A DNA stretch of 62,663 bases, the filler included, from Choristocarpus tenellus KU-1152 (lineage: Eukaryota; Protista; Phaeophyceae), in NCBI GenBank assembly GCA_964200185.2. It is 10 parts of 10 records of this genome, joined end to end, with 100 filler letters (N's around TTAATTAATTAA, not from the genome) between each part and the next. Parts side by side here need not be neighbours in the genome. Positions count along the whole stretch, not along the records: positions 47,895 to 57,732 come from CAXNAD020003341.1; positions 57,833 to 62,663 come from CAXNAD020012895.1; 8 more parts are not named here. One strand, written 5' to 3'. The translations under genes were made by a program, and so were the position numbers. Below are positions 53,100 through 62,663 of the stretch, one piece after another. Below the pieces are notes generated by a model, which did not search any database, had not been told where the DNA came from, and worked only from the letters and a program-made list of their open reading frames with translations. Within the stretch, counting starts at the first letter, position 1; the number at the start of each line of letters is the position of its first letter.

Positions 53100-55804
53100 T
53101 TTTGGGTAGGGATGATCTTGTGACATAGGCCATAACTTTGATACCTCTTGGCATTGAAAATGATTTTTTTTGTATATCAGATTATCTACGGTGAGAACAG
53201 AACCTTAATCATAACCTACCTGTTATTGTACATCTGTAGATATTATGGATAAGTAGGGTTAGGACTGGGCCTGGATTTTCCTCCAATATTTTTGGTTTAA
53301 GGCTGTGTTGGACTGGGTGGGTTAGAGTAGGCTGAATTTAGGTGTGAGTTCATGACTGTTTTGTCGAGTTTAGTGATAAGATTGGAATAATTGTTTTTGA
53401 GTAGAATAAGCATTGATCTATTTTATAAAGTTCTACACTTAAGAGACGGTATGTTATAATGCTTTAGGTTGGGGGTTATGTCTCTGTTTAGATATTCTTG
53501 GGGTTAATTTCAGCTTGGAAGATCTGTGATGGGCTACTGTTAGGCTGAAGCATTAGAGTTGGTAATTTTCTACATTTTTGTGGGGTTGAGTCAATTTCTG
53601 GGTGATATCCCAATACTGATCACAATGCTGCTGTGCTTGAGTCACTGCCAAAAAAGTATCAAATGATATATTTCAACAAAATGATTGTGTTGTTTTGTGC
53701 TTTCCATGTCTCATCCACCCACACCACCACCACCTCCATTTTCTTGCTCTGATCCATGCCAGTTGTGTCCACTTTTTCCACATGATCAAGACACGTTCAA
53801 CTGCCTATTGGCCCCCTCATCCATAATGTCTTTCAAGGATAAGGATTCCATGAAGGGAGTAGAGGTAAGTGTATTTAGTCCTTAGCATTTTGTGGACTAC
53901 TTTATATCTGCAACTTGTTCTCAGGATTAGGGTAATTGCTCTAGGTGCACAGCATACAGTGAAGACTTTTGTTCTAATTGAGGGACCGGAAGAGCATCTG
54001 AGAGGGAAAGCACACTCTTTTGCCTTCTGTTTCTTACTATTCCTTACATTGGATCCAAGTATGTACCCTTCATTTAATTGAGCTCGAATGAGGTGTGTGG
54101 TTGAAGTAGAGCAGTTTGACTTCTGAAACATACCACGATATTAGAATTGTGAGACAGAATTGCAAAGTGAGGTGTGGTTTATGGTGATGCACCTAGGGAC
54201 CAACTCATTGGCTATACTGATGCAGACTATGCCAATGGTGATATTTCAAGAATTTTTGTGTCTAGTGGAGTGGCAATGTCTGGGGGTGCATGTGTGAGCT
54301 GGTGATCTCAAATGCAGAAGACTGTTACTTTACCTACCACTGAGGCCGAGTATGTGTTGTGTGATTTAGCAAAGGAGGTAATATTTTACCAAAACGTCCT
54401 GTTGTTCCTGGTGGCAACTATGAACAAATATTGTGCACAATTGCTCGAAGACAGGTGGAGCTATCAAGTTGGCAGAGACGACGGCCTCAGGGGGTAGGAC
54501 AAAACATATATATAATAGATATCATTGTGTAAGGAACTTGGAGAGGGAGGGGAAGGCAAAGATTGTATATGTAAACTCAGATGAACAACTTCAGAAATGT
54601 TTGCCCATTCGCGCAAGATCAGAACTGTGTTGGTGTAGTTGCCATGCTCTAGATCTATATTGGCACTACAGTGGTTCATTTTATCATATAGAAAGGGAGT
54701 TATATTTTACTTAGTCTCTTGTCGGTTTGCATTTGTCTGTATTTAATCAAGGATGTTGTGTGCAGCAGCATAGGGCAACATGGTCGACAATGTAATACTC
54801 TTTTTTCTGTTTTGTAGGTTTGCTCTACTCTTTTACTGTCCAGTGTGAAACAAAGGTAGAGTCGTTCTCCATCAAGGGCCTCTTTTCAAGGCAGGCCCAG
54901 ATTTTCAATCTCAGAATTTGAAGTGTAGTCAATATATTATCTTAGGTGGAACAAGAATGCGTTATTTCTTGGCTGGAAGAGTAAGAAATTAGTATCTCAA
55001 TTTGTTTTCATTGACAATGATTCCAATTTTGTTTCTACTCAGATGGTAGAACCTTCTGGGTCTGGAATGAAGTGTTCTACTTCTCGTATTTGATGTTGGC
55101 TGTGAAAAGGTTCTTGATTTTACAGAAAATAGCATACACATATTTAGAACAAAATATTAAAAAACCAGGCTATATTTCCATGATCAGAGGGAACCAGTGC
55201 AGTCCAGGCGTCTAGAGTACTAAAGTACAGTACATTTCTATTTTTATTAAGTAGGGCAAAGTTCTAGACAGTTCATCATAATGGACCAGCATAGCAGGTT
55301 CAGTTGCTTTGCTGACCACCCAATCACCTGCTTGGCTTTGTAGGAAAATACAGATGGAGGCAGTCAACCCTTGCTTTCAAGGCTATGGAGGCCATCTCCT
55401 GAGTATGACACCAGTTATTCTACGAAACAGCAGTAATGGGTAATAGTGAGATGATTGTAATATGATAATGTTGACATCAAATATGGACCACATAACTATA
55501 GCAGCATTTCAATATCAAATTACTATGTTACGCTTTTAAAAAAAATTTGAGATCAATAACACCAGAGATCATTTATAATCCCCCTCCAAGCTCAAGCCCT
55601 TACTTTTCCTCTGTGATGTTGGTATCATTTGCATGTGAGGCGCAGGTTTTGAATCCAGCATATGACTACATCCCCCCAGAGCTGGTAGATCTGTACATCA
55701 CCAACCTTGGAGGCCTACAGCCGTCCTACATATATCGACTCCTTGCAGAATTCTACCACAGGGATGACCTCATCATATCCCCAGAGCACGACCATGCTTC
55801 TTGA
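50259..55804 (+). CDS. EIF2B2: Translation initiation factor eIF2B subunit beta, last four exons: 50259-50348, 52482-52607, 53763-53864, 55646-55804 (stop)
   Basis: [30 protein letters not shown]|[31 protein letters not shown]|[13 protein letters not shown]..|[41 protein letters not shown] are beta-subunit motifs. All junctions are phase 0. Confidence 0.95.
51050..52350 (-). mobile_element. Decayed LINE reverse-transcriptase fragment in eIF2B-beta intron
   Basis: WHIL../[12 protein letters not shown]...[17 protein letters not shown] resembles the LINE RT segment before GVRQG. Confidence 0.45.
52708..52967. mobile_element. 260-bp MITE in eIF2B-beta intron
   Basis: TIR GAGTGAAAGTATCTTAGAGGGTA / TACCCTCTAAGATACTTTGGCTC; internal IR GTCCATTTGGGG/CCCCAAATGGAC. 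Confidence 0.9.
53052..53097. repeat. (TG)n microsatellite
   Basis: Read directly from sequence. Confidence 0.95.
54110..54640 (+). mobile_element. Ty1/Copia RNase H relic in eIF2B-beta intron
   Basis: [52 protein letters not shown] are Copia RNase H motifs, with a stop and frameshift. Confidence 0.9.
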
Positions 55805-57879
55805 GGTCAGGGATTAGGTGCTGACACTGTGCATCGGGGAAGTGATAATTGATGGTTGAATTTTCTCATATAGTGCTTTCACTGTTCATGTGAGAGTAGC
55901 AATGCCGTTACTACTGTTTCTACTTGGCTTGGTATGACTATGTAAGTCTCTTTGAGTACCACATTAATATCAAGTGGCAAACCCACCTTTCGACAGAAAA
56001 TTCTAAGTGTCTTTTCCGTTTTTGTCATTTAAAGGGCATATAGTCCTCTGAAGTGGAACACAATCGGCATGTTCTATGGCTTGTGGGAGTTGTTGCTCAT
56101 GACAAGCCTAGTCAAACGAGTCTCAGCTGCATCGATGTTTTGCATGCACTCCTGTGTCACATGGTCTTGAGGACCTTGGAGAGAAGAATGTGCTTGTTGC
56201 CATTGTTCGTTATCATGTTTGTGTTGTGAGACGGTGGTTCAATGCCCACCTATTTCCTTGTCAGTCTTCTTACTTACTCTTGGTAATAATAACACCAACA
56301 ATGTTTCATGGAATGGATATAGATGCAAGAAGAGCTGCTTATAATTGAGAATGGGCCCCTGGGATTTTGATTAGACAACGTGCCATTAGAGGTTTGGGGG
56401 GGAGGTCTATAAGGAAGGGCATTTTTTCCTGTAAAGAATTATTTCAAAATTGCACACAGGAACCAGAGCTCACTTTCTGTATGTCACTACAGTATATAAT
56501 ATTAGAACTAAGCATAGAAGAAAAATATCTCCAGTCTTGTTGCGCATTGTTCTGGGTCATCTTGCGTGTTATTGTTTACGAGGTGGGGGGTGGAGAAGGG
56601 GCATTCTTGTAATAGGATATGCGTGGCAACTGTTTTGAATAGGTTTACTCTCCACTCTCTTCCACAATTCATTAATTTCATCACCGTGCATGCTGCTCTC
56701 TCCTCTGCTTTATTGTTTTCCCTCTCTCATGGTGCTGTTCTATGCTGAACGGCCATATTCCTGCAACTGACAATACAGCACCTTAACCACAGTCCCAATA
56801 TTTTACAATAGAGTGAGATTTTTCAATGTTGGAATTTGATCGACCTTATTTTTCTCTGGGGTGGAACAGAATTGCTCTTTTCTTCAGGGTCGGAGTCATT
56901 ATCGTGTATACTGTACATAAAGATACATTAGTAAGTTCTTGATTGGAAGGATTCTCCCTACACTTTTGGGTGGTGGGACATCAGAATTTTCTTGTTCTTG
57001 ATCCCAGGGAAAGGTATCCCCCAAGAAGTTTCTTGATAGAACACGATTCAGATTTTGTCTCCTGTTGAATGTGCCAACGAAGGAATGAATATTTTCGGTT
57101 GTTACAGAGCACACTGAGGAGTGAAATTGTATCAAATGTGCATCACAATCATCCTATTTGGGATGGAATAGAGCACTGTTTTCAGTTTTTGCGCACAGTG
57201 GACATGCTAATGTAGGAACCCCAGTTTTAGTTCAATTAACTTATTAGTCGATTGCTAGCATTTTACCTACAAAGTGTCCTTACTTCACTCCTTGGAGTTT
57301 AAGAATTACCTACTCCCTGCATGAATTCTGTGAGTTTGCATCCATCAACACCAGACTTCTTTTCATGGAGATCTAGTTTTGATGATGTGGATTCCACACG
57401 GCAAACACTACATATTGTACTACCTCTGCGCCATAAAGTTAGTGCCGTGAAACATATGGGCTTCATGAGTGAGAACGGCACTGAATCGGACAATAACCCC
57501 ATAGAATGAAATTAGGTTGGCAATCTCAGGTTTCAGAAAAGGTGGGGGTCGAGGATCATCAGCTACAAACTCGAGGTGCATCAAGCCATCAAAGTAGGTG
57601 TCTTTGAGGGTGATTCTGAGGCCAGAACTGGGCACATCGAGGGTCAGAATGTTGGCATGGCAACCCCCTTGTTGACTCCTCCACGTAGGAAGGGTACTCA
57701 AGTGTCCCTGAATACCAGGGTTGTCCTTGCAGNNNNNNNNNNNNNNNNNNNNNNNNNNNNNNNNNNNNNNNNNNNNTTAATTAATTAANNNNNNNNNNNN
57801 NNNNNNNNNNNNNNNNNNNNNNNNNNNNNNNNATAAAGAAAAAAAACAAAAAAAAAAGAAAAGCGCCAGAAAAAAGAGG

Positions 57880-57913
<34 letters not shown>

Positions 57914-58101
57914 ATTAAGAGAGCGTAACATGGTTGCAACGATGGATGCTGTACTACGGAACAAAACAATCGTGGAGTACAGAAGGGCGCTCATGCTAGT
58001 AACATGTAATGAGCAATCTAAATGCCCAAAATAATCAACCATGCAATCCTACCCCTTGCCCCCTAGTCAACCCACAAAACGTCAATTCCCCAAAACCTCA
58101 C

Positions 58102-59886
58102 CTGACTGGATCTCGGGGGATCAGTGGTCTTGTAGAACTCAAATAGAAGACTGAAGGTGTTGGGGTCTGTGATCACCTCCCTCCACCCTGAGGGTACCTG
58201 TAAACCACCAAACACCAATGACCACAACGAAATCACCATCCAATAGTCATCCATTTGAATTCAGTTTGTGTTGCCAGACAAAAGCAAAGACAACCCAACA
58301 AAACACAAATTAAATTCACAAAAGTCATCAGAGTCAGTCCAGCGTGCCACATTTGTTGGCATATTAGAACTCCAACAACTCCAATCCTAACCCTGCGATT
58401 CCACCAGTACATACACATGCATCCCTCCTCACCTGAATAGTTCCCACATCCTCAGAGCTTTCGTCTGGGTTAGTGCCAATGAAGTCATAAGACAAGCATC
58501 GTGTGCACAGCGTCAACGCCTGTTCGGCCATTGCTGCCTCCTGGGCAGGCGTGGCATTCACAATCTTACACATTTGTATTTGTTGCATACTCGTCAGTGC
58601 AATCTGAAACACACAAGGAGGGGACAATGAGGGAGGTCAACTGAGTCAGAGGGCACTCTCGGGTCAGTACAAGAGCTTTGAGATAGAAGGGAGACAAAAA
58701 GAAGCACTCAAGCACAGACACAGGTCAAGGGAGGGTAGGATCTGTAATTATTGGTAATGGCTATCTACTCTGGATTTTGCTCTGGATGCAGGGCTGCCTT
58801 CCACTTCATTGTATTCAAAGCAGCAGGACAAAAACTAGATGCAGAGCGAAATTAACAGAAACCATACCAGTGAAATGACTTACCAGTAACCACATTGCTG
58901 TAACCTTAACATGCCAAAATCTCACACAGTAATAGCTCAAGGCTCTAAAAGTCTCTGAGGGCAGGCTCTGGAGTGTTGTAGTAGGAATGGGTGCGGAGAG
59001 CAAGGGGGTAATGGGCGGAGTACATTCACATGCTAGAAAAAACATATCCTCCACACACCACACCTGAAAAATTGGGAACAGACAGACATCCCGAAAGCTG
59101 ACTGCTGTCTTCCGGTGCTGAGGCAGCGTGCGGCCTGTCATGGGGATGTTGAGCTCCTCAACGAGTTGATTCAGAATCTTCAATCCGATCACATAGTGAT
59201 CATTTGTTGCCTATCAAATTGTGAATAGATGTGAGAAGATGAGAACAGGTTGGCACTACTATCGTATTTGAGGGGGGGGGGGTAAAGAGGATTTGCACAA
59301 GAAGGGAAGGCCTCTATTTCATGCTAGATTAGTAGAGACTTCGGAGATTGGATGAGTCCAGTTCGCTGTCGTTTTTACCCTGTCCAACGCGAACAGTACA
59401 GATATGCACCTTTGCCCAAGTTCCAGTATGTAGAAGAAAAGTGGGATAAGCACACGGGCAAGCCTTGCAATGTACCTGCAGGAACCGCATGACAGCATCG
59501 ACGACCTCCCGGTGCTGTTGGTCATCAAACCAACCAAGCTTGGTGATGCGGCAAAGCAGCTGGATAAGGCTGGTTCGCACATAGTCTGTGAGGTTGGGGC
59601 CCACGGTCCCCAGATAGCTGAGGATGTAGTTGCGGATGTCTACCCTCTGCCCCGAAGTGAAACTATTCCAATGGGTGGTGATGAGCCGAGTCAGGCTGCT
59701 GGAAGCCAGCAGTAGAGCATACGAGTTCTCCGAGTGGTCGAGGATGTACTGGCACTGGGGGATATACTCCGCAGAGCTCTGGAGACTCAACAGCTGATTC
59801 TGGGCATGGTTGCGAGCGGCTTCATCTGCAGAGTTGTAGAGCGTCTCACAAAGAGTTTCCACCTGCGCCAGCTGCGTCTCATCCAT
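58102..59886 (-). CDS. XPO7: Exportin-7 / RanBP16-17, first four exons: 59886-59476, 59210-59064, 58603-58433, 58197-58102
   Basis: MDETQLAQVETLCETLYNS..CQYILDHS..LLCRITKLGWFD|..IGLKILNQLVEELN..HRKTAVSFRD|..CLSYDFIGTNPDESSEDVGTIQ|VPSGWR. Canonical GT..AG, all phase 0. Confidence 0.96.
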
Positions 59887-61197
59887 GTTGCTGCCGTCGT
59901 TGATCGACACGCCCACGCGCGCGCGGGTTGGGTGCTCCCGATGTCAAATTTGTACTGCAAGGGCGGGCCCAGCAAGAAACCAGCGTATTTCCCCTTCACG
60001 CAGGGGGGCGAGGCGGCGCAAAGGCCTCCCCGCCGAAAGCAGCCCAGGCGACTTTAATTCGCTGTAGCCGTCCCAACTCCCTCCTCTTTTCCTAGAGGGT
60101 TATAAAGGCACAAATAGCTTTAGTTTAACACCCAAAGGTACCGTATCAAGAATGGTTGAGGCACAACTTTATAGATAAAAAGAAAACTCAATCCAAAATG
60201 AGAGACTCACAACATCAGGAAGCACTGGAGTAAGGTTAAAGAAAAGTGCGATGCAAAGTCACCACTGAGAGGCAAGAGGTGTACAAGGACCCAAAGGCAA
60301 TGCAATTCAGGAAAAAGAAAAACCTATTTTGAACAAGACTATGCACATCTCGACTATGCATTGCAATGTTTCAACAAAACCCATACTTCCAACCACTTTT
60401 GTTGAAGCCACGTGATGTGGACACCACCCTAAACCCACCAGACCAAAGAGTCCTTGTGCACAAAGGGAGGTAGAGCATGAAGCGTCCCAACCCACGCACA
60501 ACTGTGGGCCACAGCCCTTTGTCTAAGCACTCTTCCCTCGAATTCCCTTGCGGCAAAAGCGTTCTTCGAGGAATTCACACCCTAGCCGAATCTGCAAACT
60601 GCCAGCTACTGCCCTTAAATCTCGTGGCACTGTGAGAGGCCCAGAAAGTGTTGGGTGGAATCTTCTTCCAACAACACTATTGTTGTTTAATGGGGAGGTT
60701 TGTAGGGTTAGGGCGATCAGCTTGGATGGTCGGATGGTCGAACGAAACCTCAATTTGCATTACTTTTACACACTCCTCTCCAACTCTTAAAACTAAAGCG
60801 GAAGTATTGAGCATTCCACACATCTTGTAGCGAGCTCTCTCCTTCATTGCCTGAATTACCTTGCTAGTAGCTCGTTGGGGATTAGATCGTGTCTATCTTG
60901 AGCAGCAAAACATCTTTGCAGCGTTAAACTGTATCCGTGCCCTTTCCCTACGCTCCACATCTGGACTACTACACTATATTATATTGTAATTGAGAGCCAG
61001 AGTCGTGATTGAAGAGAGGCACCCAATACAAACTACACACTTAGTGTGTAACAGTGCTATCATCTCTGCAAGGAAAAAGAGAAGGGTTCTGGTATATAGT
61101 GAAGGCGAGGTTCCAAGTTGCGTTGAAGCGAGCAGGAACCTACGGAAAAAAATCGAACCTACTGTGAAGAGAGGGGTGCCTACTCCATTGCCTAGAT

Positions 61198-62663
61198 ATG
61201 TCATGTATGGGACTCAGCAAGAATCAGAAGAACGAACTTCTCTTTGTGGGGTTCAACCAAGACTATGGTGAGTTTTTCGACTCAAACTTACGCCCTCCAA
61301 CAGCGACGACCCAAGAATAATCTGAGCTCATCTTGACAAAACACACCAAGGTCTAGTTGCATCTCTTCCCCTGTGCGTGTTTTTAACTTGAATGTTCCCC
61401 ATCTCCCTCGTCGCTTCCCTTAATCCAAGGTTGCTTTGCTTGTGGCACGGACAATGGATTCCGCATCTACAATGTTGACCCTTTTCGGGAGACATTCCGA
61501 AGAGTGTTCAGCAATGGCGGAGTGGGGATTGTTGAGATGCTCTTTCGGTGTAATCTTCTTGCTTTAGTCGGGGGAGGGCGGAACCCTCGTTACCCTCCAA
61601 ATAAGGTGAACTATACTATCGGTTCAGGTTTAGCGGACCCATGTCCCTCGAGTAAGCGAATGTGAGGTGGGACCGACTCCAAAGATTTGCTGTCCTGTTC
61701 AAACTGTGATGAGTTCCCTCCATAGATCATTGTAAGAGCTGAGCATCACTTCAATGTGTGGCACATGGCGCAAAAAGGAAAATCTGAATATGAGTGAGGC
61801 AGGAATAAGGGCATGTAGAGACAGGTGCCTTCGCCGTGCTTGTGCCTCACACCTCCAAGATTCCTTGCATGCCCCTAGCCAACAATACCTGAAACTTACG
61901 TGAAGGTTGACATTAACAGAAGCACCCTAATAGCAGTAATTTCCCACCAAGGGACAAATTGTTTACTGATGAAATAACCTGCGGCAGAATGAAGAACTAT
62001 GCCCTCTATCCATGGTTAAGCTGTCTGCACCATGCTGTAACATAGACAAGAGTATTTATAGTGACATTTTGTTCTTTTGGGGGGGTTGTTTCAATTTGCT
62101 GAAGTAAAGGTTGATACATATCTCCCCTGATTTAGAAACCAAGCAATTCTGAAACCAACACAGTTGATATTTTAGTCAAACTTGGATACAATACAACATA
62201 GCACAACCTTACAGGTAAGAAGACTACTGTACTGGACAGTATCAGGGGTTTTACTGTTGAAAATTTGAGTATTGTGTAGAGCCTGTAGTACAGTACAATA
62301 GTCCTAACTCTGGAGAGCTTGATGCCCTTGGTTAGAGCGTATGATTTATATTTTTTTCAATGTAGGCATGGGACAACAGTTTACACGAGGAACAAAAAAA
62401 GATTGGATTATTGATGATTCTCAGTCGTCTCATTACCTTTAGGTACAGGATGCACGAAACAATCAATATTCGTGTGAGATAGATAACGTCGTTTTTTCTC
62501 CTGTGCGTGTAGCCAATTTGGAGCATTCTACTTCAATCATACCCCCATACCCAATGAAATATACCACTAATGCTACTGGGATACCCCACCCCCCCTCCCC
62601 TCCCCTCCCTCCCCCACCCACCACCCACCACCCACCACCCACCAGGTGATGATTTGGGATGAC
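61198..62663 (+). CDS. WDR45B: WIPI3/WDR45B (ATG18-family PROPPIN), exons 61198-61267, 61430-61605, 62646 to window end
   Basis: [24 protein letters not shown]|[58 protein letters not shown]|VMIWDD. Absent from the ORF track. Confidence 0.95.

Noticed and set aside
8593-57832. Recurrent TTAATTAATTAA as a biological repeat, and gene clustering across it
   Set aside because: It is an artificial six-frame-stop spacer inside N runs; adjacency across it cannot be trusted.
59887-59916. N-terminal extension of XPO7 in the ORF track
   Set aside because: It starts at GTG; the ATG at 59886 fits the family start.

Overview
Eukaryotic, intron-rich, transposon-littered DNA. It is probably a photosynthetic stramenopile such as a brown alga; this is an inference from TTAGGG repeats, a GT48 glucan synthase, a centriolar WRAP73 gene and the gene architecture. 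The window is ten contigs joined by identical artificial 100-bp spacers (N44-TTAATTAATTAA-N44), so neighbourhood across spacers is unproven. Most ORF-track entries are spurious. I assembled seven partial spliced genes by hand: WRAP73-like (-), Nnf1/PMF1-like (+), a 13-exon piece of a callose/1,3-beta-glucan synthase (+), one carnitine acyltransferase (CPT2-like) exon (+), the last 4 exons of eIF2B-beta (+, one GC-AG intron), exportin-7 (-) and WIPI3/ATG18 (+). The rest is decayed Copia, LINE, pogo-like and possibly Gypsy and KDZ-type relics, minisatellites, and a recurrent short TIR-element (MITE) group with termini like GGGTC/GGCTC/GAGTC-AAAGTA. I found no CRISPR or prokaryote-type system. 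The best novelty leads are the MITE group with possible fossil CxC/KDZ-like transposase partners, a tRNA-like Pol III unit, and a MITE truncated by telomeric repeats.
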